Below, piece after piece: positions 8,916-17,632 of a stretch of DNA of 23,634 bases. The stretch's first letter is position 1, and each line of letters opens with the position of its first letter. Origin of the DNA: a virus. Lineage: Duplodnaviria; Heunggongvirae; Uroviricota; Caudoviricetes. The position numbers were made by a program, and so were the translations under genes. The DNA lies in IMG/VR virus record IMGVR_UViG_3300031992_000010; one strand, 5' to 3'. A model generated the notes under the pieces. The model saw only the letters and a program-made list of their open reading frames with translations, was not told the origin of the DNA and ran no database searches.

Positions 8916-8959
8916 TGTGTAATAATGTTCCGATTATTATTGTAAAAAAGGTTATTACA

Positions 8960-9163
8960 ATGAAAGGATTAAGTGATAAAATAAAGGAGGAATTTGAAGG
9001 TGGAAGTGGCAATGGAGGTACATTATACGCCACACCCGGTAATACGTTGGGAATGGGGAATCCATATGCCGACGCCGAAGGTGCATCCGAACCAATAACA
9101 CCAATTCAAAAACCTATCGCCAATAATGGAAAACGCAAAAAAAGAAGATTTCCAAAACAATGA
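8960..9163 (+). CDS. 67-aa protein carrying a copy of the major capsid N-terminal motif; putative minor or internal head protein
   Basis: MKGLSDKIKEE leader; YATPGNTLGMGNP versus MCP YATPLNTVGMGNP; basic tail KRKKRR; ATGA coupling to the next gene. Confidence 0.7.
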   Translation: MKGLSDKIKEEFEGGSGNGGTLYATPGNTLGMGNPYADAEGASEPITPIQKPIANNGKRKKRRFPKQ

Positions 9164-9774
9164 AAAAGGATATTAATATAATGTACGTCCACGGGCTGAA
9201 CTCCGATGGAAATTCAATAACCGGGAAAACCATGGAACGGGTATTACAATCACAATTCCCGGATATGAATATAAATGTTTTTCGACCAACGTTTCCTAAA
9301 ACCGGCCCGGAGGCATTAAACGTTCTCAATAAGGAAATACGTAAAAATAAAATCAATATTGTTATTGGCACCTCACTTGGTGGTTTTGTAACACTAAACG
9401 CCCACGGACCTTTCCGTATTGTGGTAAACCCGGCAATGCATCCATCCAAGACATTACTTAAATTGGGCGAACCGGAGGAGGTTGCGGCCACATATAAGGA
9501 TATCGAGGAAAAATTATATTCGAACATTGATTTTGAGGATAAGGCCGCCACAATAGGCTGGTTTGCCGACAATGACAAGGTGGTTCAAAATGGAGGGGAA
9601 TTTAAAAAATTATATGGCCGGAAAAGGGAATTTCACGGCGAACATCGTATGGATGAACGTGCAATTAAGGACATAATTGTAAGATCAATACGGGAATGGA
9701 TTACCATGTGTGAAAATGGTACATTCGAGGATTTGACTTATTTTTCCAATATAAATAATTTATTATTAGATTAA
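9160..9774 (+). CDS. YqiA/UPF0227-like alpha/beta hydrolase (esterase)
   Basis: YVHGLNS, GTSLGG nucleophile elbow, VVNPA, DKVV, GEHR. Confidence 0.85.
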   Translation: MKKDINIMYVHGLNSDGNSITGKTMERVLQSQFPDMNINVFRPTFPKTGPEALNVLNKEIRKNKINIVIGTSLGGFVTLNAHGPFRIVVNPAMHPSKTLLKLGEPEEVAATYKDIEEKLYSNIDFEDKAATIGWFADNDKVVQNGGEFKKLYGRKREFHGEHRMDERAIKDIIVRSIREWITMCENGTFEDLTYFSNINNLLLD

Positions 9775-9786
9775 AAATTGCAAGGT

Positions 9787-10104
9787 ATGAAGAATATAAC
9801 GGAGGCCATGAATAAATCGGACCGCGAACTTCCGATGGGAAATAGTTGGATTGAGGTATCGAAAGAGGCATTTCTAAAAATAATAAATGATTGTAATATA
9901 AGTAATGGTGATTTATACTGTGGTATTCGCGCCATTTCCGAATTGGAGAAATTTACAATTTTTAAGGATTTTGTTGATAAGGATGTAAAAAGAATATTAA
10001 AATTATCGTTGGAGGAAACCAATAATCCTACGGTATGGATTAATGTATACAAATCCGGTGAATCGTTCAAATATAATGTACAAATTGTAAAAATGGTTTT
10101 TTAA
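9787..10104 (+). CDS. Hypothetical protein with MKNITEA leader
   Basis: ORF tightly packed in the operon; ATG at 9787. Confidence 0.65.
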   Translation: MKNITEAMNKSDRELPMGNSWIEVSKEAFLKIINDCNISNGDLYCGIRAISELEKFTIFKDFVDKDVKRILKLSLEETNNPTVWINVYKSGESFKYNVQIVKMVF

Positions 10105-10105
10105 T

Positions 10106-10681
10106 GTGAAACATCTATTTGATAAAATAAATGAGGCAATAAAACCATTATCATCACCAACGGCACTCGATGAGGGAAGTGATGGTGTTATTTTTGATTT
10201 GGGAAACGGAACGGTTAAAAAAATTCTTTTTCCTCCTTCCGATAATATGAGAAAAAAGGCCATCGATGTGGTGGAAAAATGGATTAATGTATGTAAAAAA
10301 GGTAAAAAATTGACGACAATCCCTAATATTGAGGTTGACAAATGGGATGAAGGGGAAATGTCATATATTATGCCAAAATACAAACTCAATACACCAAAAT
10401 GTAAATTAATCAACGATGCGGTGTGGAAGTTCCTTATTATGAATGATATTGAAAATGACCCGAAAAAACTTCAGGAACATAAATTAAAAATGGAGGCCGT
10501 TTATGGAGAGGCCAAAACAAAATATGCAATGAAGTGGTGCGAGGACTTTATTAAGGACTACCGCCTGATTACCGGCAATGAAAAGGGCCATATGTCGGAT
10601 GACATAAGACTCCCAAATCTCGGTGAGGATAAAAGAGGTAATGTTTGGTGTTTTGATTGGTATGACCCATATTGTGATTAA
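10106..10681 (+). CDS. Protein kinase-like fold protein
   Basis: Gly-rich loop LDEGSDGVIF, VKK lysine, YIMPK hinge, catalytic DIRLPN, CFD metal-binding motif. Confidence 0.7.
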   Translation: MKHLFDKINEAIKPLSSPTALDEGSDGVIFDLGNGTVKKILFPPSDNMRKKAIDVVEKWINVCKKGKKLTTIPNIEVDKWDEGEMSYIMPKYKLNTPKCKLINDAVWKFLIMNDIENDPKKLQEHKLKMEAVYGEAKTKYAMKWCEDFIKDYRLITGNEKGHMSDDIRLPNLGEDKRGNVWCFDWYDPYCD

Positions 10682-10695
10682 AAAAAATATTATAA

Positions 10696-11265
10696 ATGAA
10701 ACACCTGCATACAATTATAACGGAACAAATGATTTGCGAGGCGTTTGTCACCCTGTGGAAAAAGGATGGCGACGAGAATAGGATGCTCGAGTTGGAGGAT
10801 GTTTGTTGGCCAATGATGAAGGATGCGTATGCGTATCTCGTTACGAAGGAATGCCCAACAGGGATACTTAATGCAAATTCCTGGAAGGACCTCGTTGATG
10901 AGGCTGATATGATTAAGGTTGGAAAGGCCGGTGGTAGGATTGTTGCCTGTCAATTATATAAGATTAAAGGTGGCAATCGTAAGGCCTTTGTTGGATGCTG
11001 CGACGGTTCGGCCGATGGTAAGCGTATATTCACCATGATATTCAAGGAGGATCTCAAGGTGGCCGGAAGAAACGGTTATATTGAGGTTAGTGGAAAGGCC
11101 GAACATTGGTTGATTGATAAGTTGGGGTTCAAGGAATTTTGCATTCCGGTTGATAGGGTTGAAATGATATTGGGCAAGGAAATCATACCCGGTGCGGATG
11201 GATATCACTACCAGCGTATGATCGGGGGTAAAATGTACGAAAAAATAATGTTGGGAAATATATAA
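10696..11265 (+). CDS. Conserved phage protein, possibly GNAT-like, with a capsid-targeting-like leader
   Basis: MKHLHTIITEQMICEA leader; W..MKDAY, GRIVACQLYK, CDGSADGK, IEVSGKAEH pattern. Confidence 0.6.
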   Translation: MKHLHTIITEQMICEAFVTLWKKDGDENRMLELEDVCWPMMKDAYAYLVTKECPTGILNANSWKDLVDEADMIKVGKAGGRIVACQLYKIKGGNRKAFVGCCDGSADGKRIFTMIFKEDLKVAGRNGYIEVSGKAEHWLIDKLGFKEFCIPVDRVEMILGKEIIPGADGYHYQRMIGGKMYEKIMLGNI

Positions 11266-11269
11266 ATCC

Positions 11270-11301
11270 ATTAAATTTTTCCTATATATTTCATATATTA
11301 A
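11270..11301 (+). promoter_or_regulatory. Putative promoter ATTAAA-N18-TATATTAA
   Basis: Consensus match upstream of the ORF at 11320. Confidence 0.7.
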
Positions 11302-11319
11302 TCCATACGATACAAAAAT

Positions 11320-11577
11320 ATGAAACAGGAAAAAATTACAACAAAAAGTAACCTCGTATATTGGAGGATGTTGGAATTGACGGAAACCCATAAGTCATTC
11401 CTTGTCCAACACAAGGTGAAATTAAAAAATATATATTCCAAAAATAACGTATATTGGGTACTCCAAAAACACAATGCCAATATGGATGATGGTGTATATA
11501 TTAATTGGCCGGGCGTGGTACCTACGGATGTGGTCCCACTCATAGCATCACACGGATTTGTACAATTTAAAAAATAA
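11320..11577 (+). CDS. Hypothetical protein (85 aa)
   Basis: Flanked by its own promoter and terminator. Confidence 0.7.
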   Translation: MKQEKITTKSNLVYWRMLELTETHKSFLVQHKVKLKNIYSKNNVYWVLQKHNANMDDGVYINWPGVVPTDVVPLIASHGFVQFKK

Positions 11578-11601
11578 ATTTCATATCCTTTTATTTACTG
11601 T

Positions 11602-11634
11602 GGGGTATCCCTTAAAAAAGGGAACCCCTTTTTT
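11602..11634 (+). terminator. Intrinsic terminator
   Basis: GGGGTATCCCTT-AAA-AAGGGAACCCC-TTTTTT. Confidence 0.75.
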
Positions 11635-11658
11635 ATTTTTTAATAAAACCTTATAGTT

Positions 11659-11826
11659 ATGTTTACAATTATTGTCATTGCAATCTTAATGTGTTTATTT
11701 GTAAGTGGGACGGTATCAATGTTTTTCGATCAATATGACCGCGGGAAATTTGACAAAATTCCCGGTACAATAATAATGTCCGCCGTTTCAATTTTCCTAA
11801 TTATGGAATTTATTTTATTATTATAA
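11659..11826 (+). CDS. 55-aa membrane protein with two predicted TM helices (below the ORF-track cutoff)
   Basis: MFTIIVIAILMCLFVSGTVSMFF-DQYDRGKFDK-IPGTIIMSAVSIFLIMEFILLL; fills the intergenic gap. Confidence 0.6.
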   Translation: MFTIIVIAILMCLFVSGTVSMFFDQYDRGKFDKIPGTIIMSAVSIFLIMEFILLL

Positions 11827-11838
11827 AAAAATTTTTGT

Positions 11839-13347
11839 ATGAGGCATTTAAACGAATGTATGAGAATATTAAATTCCGTGGCAATCAATGAGGCGGTATC
11901 CAACGCCGATTTTGAAAAGGCACGGGCACTATGCCGTAAGTTTTTTACAAAATATGGTATTGGTGTAATGACCGACATTAATAATATTTCCGTTGATGGA
12001 AAACATTATTATAGTTCGTTTGCATATTGTATGTCCACAAACCTGGGATGTGCATTATTGTGGGCACAAACCGATAAATCATCCGAATTGGATGGAATTG
12101 TTTTCTATGACGATATTACAAAGGTGTTATTTGGAGCCGATGAGGGTGAAACCGCAAAATCGGAATGTGGTATGTATACCAATGGCATTTCGTTAACAAA
12201 ACTTATTCCTTTGATTAAGGATATGTTAACAGGTAAACTTTCGATGGACAAAAAGACGTTGGAAAAATCATTGGAAGGATACCAAATTACGGAGGATTTT
12301 GAGACCGAAATGGGGGAGTTGATTAATGAGGATATTGAGGCACTCCGTAAGAAACGTAATAATTTAAGTGTAAAAATAAATAATGCCAAAAAGGCCGGAA
12401 AGGATTTTACCGCATTGCAAAAGGAATATGATGATATTCGTTCCCAAATCAATAGTATGATGGTAAGCGGCTCACAAAAGGTTTCATATAACACCGACCC
12501 GGAGGTTGATAAGTTGGAACAACAATTTGAGGAACGTGTCACCCCGGAGGAAAGATTTGCCGATATGGACGCATACGTAAGAATGGTATGTAATGGCGTT
12601 CAACCTTCGTTGGTTGTTTGCGGTGCACCGGGTGTTGGTAAATCATATAGAATCCTAAAACAGGTTGAAAAACGTCATACATTTGGTGATGATTACTATT
12701 TGATTAAAGGTAAATGTACTGCGCAAAAATTCTTTCAAATCCTATTTGAATACCGTGAGGAGGGTGATATCATCGTTTGTGATGATGCCGACGATATTAT
12801 CCGTGACGATACAAGTATCAACCTTATCAAGGCCGCAACGGATTCGAGTGAAAAACGTCTTGTAACATATGGTACCACTATGGCACCACCTGCACCAATG
12901 GATTTGGTTGAGTTACACCCTGAATGGCCGTGGAACCGTATTGAAAGAAACGGTCGTGAGTTTGTAACATATCCAACCACATTTGAATTTAAGGGATCGA
13001 TAATTATTATCTCCAATATGCGTGCCGGTATGATTGATACCGCGATCCGTAACCGTGCATTCGTTTGTGACCTGGACTTTACAATCGACGAGGTATTGAG
13101 TATATTACGTGGATTGATTCCTGCCATTATGCCGGGACGTCTTGGTAGTGAGGCAAAAATGAAGGCATTTGATTTTCTACAATCTTTGGCCGACGAGGGT
13201 AATTCAAATATGGAAATATCAATACGTTCATTTATTACGTGTGCCAAAATTTATGAGGACCTTCCACCTTCGGAGGAAAAGGCGGCCGAAAGACGTATCA
13301 AGGAGCAAATGAGAAATCAATTTGCCCGTGGTGGTAAAAAATATTAA
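11839..13347 (+). CDS. AAA+ ATPase with an unknown N-terminal domain and a coiled-coil linker
   Basis: Walker A GAPGVGKS, Walker B IIVCDDAD, sensor IISN, arginine finger AIRNRA, ISIRS. Confidence 0.85.
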   Translation: MRHLNECMRILNSVAINEAVSNADFEKARALCRKFFTKYGIGVMTDINNISVDGKHYYSSFAYCMSTNLGCALLWAQTDKSSELDGIVFYDDITKVLFGADEGETAKSECGMYTNGISLTKLIPLIKDMLTGKLSMDKKTLEKSLEGYQITEDFETEMGELINEDIEALRKKRNNLSVKINNAKKAGKDFTALQKEYDDIRSQINSMMVSGSQKVSYNTDPEVDKLEQQFEERVTPEERFADMDAYVRMVCNGVQPSLVVCGAPGVGKSYRILKQVEKRHTFGDDYYLIKGKCTAQKFFQILFEYREEGDIIVCDDADDIIRDDTSINLIKAATDSSEKRLVTYGTTMAPPAPMDLVELHPEWPWNRIERNGREFVTYPTTFEFKGSIIIISNMRAGMIDTAIRNRAFVCDLDFTIDEVLSILRGLIPAIMPGRLGSEAKMKAFDFLQSLADEGNSNMEISIRSFITCAKIYEDLPPSEEKAAERRIKEQMRNQFARGGKKY

Positions 13348-13367
13348 TAATTATATTAATAAATTTC

Positions 13368-13399
13368 AAAAGGAGTTGGATTTTTCAACTCCTTTTTTT
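13368..13399 (+). terminator. Intrinsic terminator
   Basis: AAAAGGAGTTGGA-TTT-TTCAACTCCTTTTTTT. Confidence 0.8.
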
Positions 13400-13411
13400 A
13401 TTATATAAATA
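13398..13411 (+). promoter_or_regulatory. Putative late promoter (TTATTATATAAATA, contains the T4-type TATAAATA)
   Basis: Lies 10 nt upstream of the ATG at 13422; similar TTATT(A/T)T...AAA elements precede other late-type genes. Confidence 0.4.
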
Positions 13412-13421
13412 AAATCTTTAA

Positions 13422-14645
13422 ATGAGACTTTCCGAATTTATTAAGGAATCATTATTAAACGAAGGTGGACAATCCGGTCACCTAAAACATATAATCGATT
13501 ATAGTGAGTTAACATTCGACCAAATAAAGGGCATACTTTATTCCCTATTTAATGGTAAAATACAGGATATCACCGAGAAAATAGATGGAACCAATATACA
13601 GGCCTCGATGAATGATAATGATGAGGTTGTATTTGTAAGAAACAAAGGGGATTTGAATAGCGAACGTGGTGGTATGTTCGTACAGGATATGGTTACCAAG
13701 TGGTCCGGAAATCCAAAGGTACAGCAAACATTCGTTGAAAGTGGGAAAATTTTGGAGGAGTTATTCAAAAAGATAGGAAAACGATTCTTTAACCCGGATT
13801 CCAATACAAGAATATTCGCCAACTGTGAGTGTATGATTGAAGGTACCACCAACATTATGCCATACATTTCCTCGAAGGTAAACGTCCACGATTTGTGGGT
13901 ATATGAAAAAACACCATCCGGATGGGAATTGAAGGAAACCACCAAAAACGGCCTGAAAAAATTACAGGACGCTATGGAAGGAATGGATAACGTCCAAATA
14001 ACCCCGAATGTAATCGTTGACGTAACCGAAAAGGGTCAGGATGCACTGAAAAAATATATGAAGGATATAAATGACATATATAGGGCGGCCGGATTAAAAA
14101 CATCCTCAACAATAGAGGAATATAAGGAGGTTAGGTTTGCCGAATATATGGGCAAAAACGAATCGTGGTGGGAATCCAACCCGGAAGGCAAACATATTCT
14201 TTTTGAACGATTTATAAATCAGGATAAATCCGTGAATATCAGGGACATAAAGAAAATGTATCCGGATAATGTGGATGATATTACCCGGATTGATAAGAAT
14301 GGATACAAGGCCATTTATAAATTTGTTATGAATGACCTGGATACATTATTCCTCAAAATAGGTAATACAATAATAGATATGTGTTATGGTTTCATTAATT
14401 CCGGCGGTGAGGCGAAGGTTATTGCCGAGTTGGAGAAAAATCTTGAGGATGTAACGGCCGAAATAGAGGCAAACGGAAGTGAAAAGGCAAAAACAAAACT
14501 TGCCCAACAACTTGCCCGCCTTGCACAATTGGATAAATTGAATGCCACCGAAGGTATTGTATTTAGATATAAGGGAAGAATAATGAAATGTACGGGGGCG
14601 TTTGCACCTCTTAATCAGGCACTTGGAACAAGATTTGAAAAATAA
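13422..14645 (+). CDS. RNA/DNA ligase-superfamily nucleotidyltransferase (DUF6267-like)
   Basis: Motif I TEKIDG, motif III NCE, motif IIIa VHD, motif IV EGIVFR, motif V MKCTG. Confidence 0.65.
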   Translation: MRLSEFIKESLLNEGGQSGHLKHIIDYSELTFDQIKGILYSLFNGKIQDITEKIDGTNIQASMNDNDEVVFVRNKGDLNSERGGMFVQDMVTKWSGNPKVQQTFVESGKILEELFKKIGKRFFNPDSNTRIFANCECMIEGTTNIMPYISSKVNVHDLWVYEKTPSGWELKETTKNGLKKLQDAMEGMDNVQITPNVIVDVTEKGQDALKKYMKDINDIYRAAGLKTSSTIEEYKEVRFAEYMGKNESWWESNPEGKHILFERFINQDKSVNIRDIKKMYPDNVDDITRIDKNGYKAIYKFVMNDLDTLFLKIGNTIIDMCYGFINSGGEAKVIAELEKNLEDVTAEIEANGSEKAKTKLAQQLARLAQLDKLNATEGIVFRYKGRIMKCTGAFAPLNQALGTRFEK

Positions 14646-14655
14646 TTATATTAGG

Positions 14656-16047
14656 ATGAAGTTAAAGGAATTTATAATTGAAAAATTGATAATGGAATCC
14701 TCATTTTCAGTGGAGGATTGGACCAAAACAAACCATACGTACGGTCAGGATGTAATCGATAAATTGATTGGCGGCTCCCCGGTACGTTTGGGTGATAAAG
14801 GTACCGACGGTGAATACACCGCCACACCGGAGGAAATTGAAAAATTAAAAGGTCTTAAATGTGACTATTCAAAGGATACATTAAAACAATTTAATGATAT
14901 TTTCGATCGAAAAAATATGTGGCAATCCATTTTTAAAGGTGATTTTTCAGGTTATTCCACAGGAAATACCGAAGGTCAACAATATGAGTCGTTGGTTTGT
15001 TATTTATTCAATGACGACAATGCCGATGTGGATCTTTGGTTGCAGGTCAATGGTTTAACCGGCGATGAGTCGTGGATTGAATCCTGCCGTAAAACGGTGG
15101 CAACCATGAATAAATATGCGGATTTCAACCATAAGTGGACCAATGATGATTATGTGGCATGTCACGTTGATGGTAACGATTTTAAATTGGGTGCCGAATA
15201 TGAATTTGCCCGTGAATTGACCTCCATATTTTCCGGCAAGCCTGCAATGAGACAATTATTTGGAAAAAATATAGAAAACATTTATTCCGGAAAAGGTAAG
15301 GATACCTGGAACAAGGCCGATATCGTATTGATAAACAAACGTTGTAAAAACCTTTTAAAGGAAATGAAACAGGTTGTTTCCGATGGTGAATCATTAAATA
15401 ATGAATTATTAAAACAATTAACCGAAGGAAATATTATACCAATATCATTAAAAAAAATTCCAGGCAATCAAAAGGAGGGCCACATTGAAAAGGTAAATAT
15501 CGATGACGCGGAGGATATGAATGATGAGTTGGAAAAATATATGGACGGTGATATTTATATTTCATTGCCTAAAACCTTGGAAAACAACCGTTATCAAGGT
15601 ACAATCGATATGCTTTGCTCCCACCTGGATAGTAAATACAAAATCAGTTTCCTAAAGGCAACCTCCGGCAAAAATAACCTAAACGTGGAAACCACCATAG
15701 TCGGGTCGGTATCACGTGCCGGTAAGGCGGTATCAAATATCAAAACCGCATTAAAATTAGGAGCCGGAAATGATTATTTCGTTATAATGGATGATAATGA
15801 CGATGCAATTAAGGAATTAAGGAATTATGGATTTGAAATCCAAATGAAAAAGAATAATAACCTCGATAAGGCGGAGGAGTTTAGTCCGACATTTTGTGAA
15901 CGTCCTTGTATTGCCGGATTATTGGGTTTATTAAAACAATATGAAAAGGTTAAACACCCGGAGAAAAAGGATTTTTGTCAGGATTTTGCCGAATTTGTAT
16001 ATATGTGTTCGGTAAAAAGTTCGGGAGCATTTTATAAACTATCATAA
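14656..16047 (+). CDS. Putative PD-(D/E)xK restriction-endonuclease-fold protein
   Basis: QQYES helix, WNKADIVL, IPISLKK. Start reassigned to ATG 14656 (MKLKEFIIE). Confidence 0.55.
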   Translation: MKLKEFIIEKLIMESSFSVEDWTKTNHTYGQDVIDKLIGGSPVRLGDKGTDGEYTATPEEIEKLKGLKCDYSKDTLKQFNDIFDRKNMWQSIFKGDFSGYSTGNTEGQQYESLVCYLFNDDNADVDLWLQVNGLTGDESWIESCRKTVATMNKYADFNHKWTNDDYVACHVDGNDFKLGAEYEFARELTSIFSGKPAMRQLFGKNIENIYSGKGKDTWNKADIVLINKRCKNLLKEMKQVVSDGESLNNELLKQLTEGNIIPISLKKIPGNQKEGHIEKVNIDDAEDMNDELEKYMDGDIYISLPKTLENNRYQGTIDMLCSHLDSKYKISFLKATSGKNNLNVETTIVGSVSRAGKAVSNIKTALKLGAGNDYFVIMDDNDDAIKELRNYGFEIQMKKNNNLDKAEEFSPTFCERPCIAGLLGLLKQYEKVKHPEKKDFCQDFAEFVYMCSVKSSGAFYKLS

Positions 16048-16064
16048 AAATAAGGATACGATAA

Positions 16065-16937
16065 ATGGAAAATGTAAATATATTAATGGGTCGGTTCCAA
16101 CCAATAACATTGGGCCATATAAAATGTGCGGAGACGGCCTGGAAGGAAAATGGTGTAAAAACAATCCTATTGGTTGTTGAAACCACGAAGGAGGATGCCA
16201 AACATCCATTTGCCACAAGTATGTTATTACCTACATACAAAAAACTGGATAAGGAATTTAAATTTATGGCCGGGGTTGTTGTTGTAAAATCCGCCGATAT
16301 AGTTAAGAACGTGGAGATATGCCGGGACAATGGATTTGAACCGGTGTCGTGGTCGTGCGGTACGGATAGAATCGATGCCTACCAAAAAATGATTTCAAAA
16401 TATGGTCCACAAATAGGCCTTACCGATGATTTTAAGGTGATTGAAATCAAACGTGGCGATGATGATATTTCGGCAACACAGGTACGCAATGCCATATTAA
16501 AGGATGACAAAAACACATTCGAAAAATTGACACCAAAAACAATACATTCCCTGTATTCCAAATTAAAGGTAAATGTGGATAAATATTGTTCCATTAAGGA
16601 GGGAAAACTTTCATTAAAGGAATTTATATTGGAACGTATGGGTGAACTTTCGGTGGAAAAAATGTTCAAAACATACCATTCAAATATATCCTTACACATA
16701 TTAAAACAGGGCAAAAAACCTGCGGTTGTGGATAAACTTATGGATGCCATCGACGGTTGTTATAATGATACCTGTATATCCAATAATAGAATATACTGGT
16801 TTTTTGATGATATGAATGAAAGTGATGATGTGTGGGTTAAATTCCAACGAATCCTATCAAAAAAACCAATCAAGGATTTAACCGATCGACAGGTAATATC
16901 GGACGATTCCGTTGAATTGGTATATGCGGTTAAATAA
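16065..16937 (+). CDS. Cytidylyltransferase-like (HxGH family) nucleotidyltransferase with a C-terminal extension
   Basis: MGRFQPITLGH, HPF, CGTDR, ISATQVRNAI. Confidence 0.85.
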   Translation: MENVNILMGRFQPITLGHIKCAETAWKENGVKTILLVVETTKEDAKHPFATSMLLPTYKKLDKEFKFMAGVVVVKSADIVKNVEICRDNGFEPVSWSCGTDRIDAYQKMISKYGPQIGLTDDFKVIEIKRGDDDISATQVRNAILKDDKNTFEKLTPKTIHSLYSKLKVNVDKYCSIKEGKLSLKEFILERMGELSVEKMFKTYHSNISLHILKQGKKPAVVDKLMDAIDGCYNDTCISNNRIYWFFDDMNESDDVWVKFQRILSKKPIKDLTDRQVISDDSVELVYAVK

Positions 16938-16981
16938 AATTTATTCAATAAATTATTATATATAAAAAAAATAATTAAGAT

Positions 16982-17551
16982 ATGCCATTACCACATATAG
17001 AAAATTCGGAGGTTGGTATCAATAAGATGGAACCTCTATACAAGTCCCTATTTGAGGTGACTTTTACACTTCCAAAACCATTGGAGGAAAAGTTTGGTGC
17101 CGATCTTGCACTTCTAACCTCGCAGGTAACTAAAATCGGAGGATTGGAGGTAGCGAAAGGTGTTGAGGCCGGTACGGTACAAAAATTTATGGGTACAACA
17201 CGTTCATTCCTTAACTCAAAAATGGATGACACGTCGTTTGAAATTACGGTTACATTCAACCTCAACCTTCGTAACGGAACGGACAACTTCGTTTATAAAT
17301 TATTGAAGGCCTGGAAGGATTTGGGTTATAATCTTGAAACCGGTGAAACCGCATTGAAGGTCGACTATTGTGCCGATTGGTTAAAATGCCAGGTAGGAAA
17401 CCGTGCCGGTGATATATACCGTGAAATTATTATGAAGGATGTATTCATTTCCGGAGGTTTGGAAGGTTTGGGTGATTATGACTATGAAAATGGTTCGGAT
17501 ATCCAATCGGTTGATGTAAAATTCAAATCGGATTGGGCGAAGGAATATTAA
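16982..17551 (+). CDS. Tail tube protein (gp19-like)
   Basis: EPLYKSLFEVTF, ITVTFNLN, LKAWKDLGYN..TG..KVDY, and VKFKSDW at the C-terminus. Confidence 0.78.
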   Translation: MPLPHIENSEVGINKMEPLYKSLFEVTFTLPKPLEEKFGADLALLTSQVTKIGGLEVAKGVEAGTVQKFMGTTRSFLNSKMDDTSFEITVTFNLNLRNGTDNFVYKLLKAWKDLGYNLETGETALKVDYCADWLKCQVGNRAGDIYREIIMKDVFISGGLEGLGDYDYENGSDIQSVDVKFKSDWAKEY

Positions 17552-17573
17552 TGGTACCCAAATACCTATTATT

Positions 17574-17605
17574 AAAAGGATTGAATGTTTATTCAATCCT
17601 TTTTT
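17574..17605 (+). terminator. Intrinsic terminator
   Basis: AAAAGGATTGAAT-GTTT-ATTCAATCCTTTTTT perfect stem. Confidence 0.85.
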
Positions 17606-17632
17606 ATTTTATATAAAAATACATTATATATA

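Noticed and set aside
12735-13247. Many 60-170 aa antisense ORFs (for example 12735-13247, 9114-9578, 7663-8109, 23235-23576)
   Set aside because: They are shadows of real genes on the opposite strand, likely lengthened by scarce CTA/TAG words, and contain no motifs.
14602-14655. Upstream starts given by the ORF track (14602, 17585, 8915, 4563)
   Set aside because: They overlap upstream genes, terminators or promoters; downstream starts give coherent N-termini.
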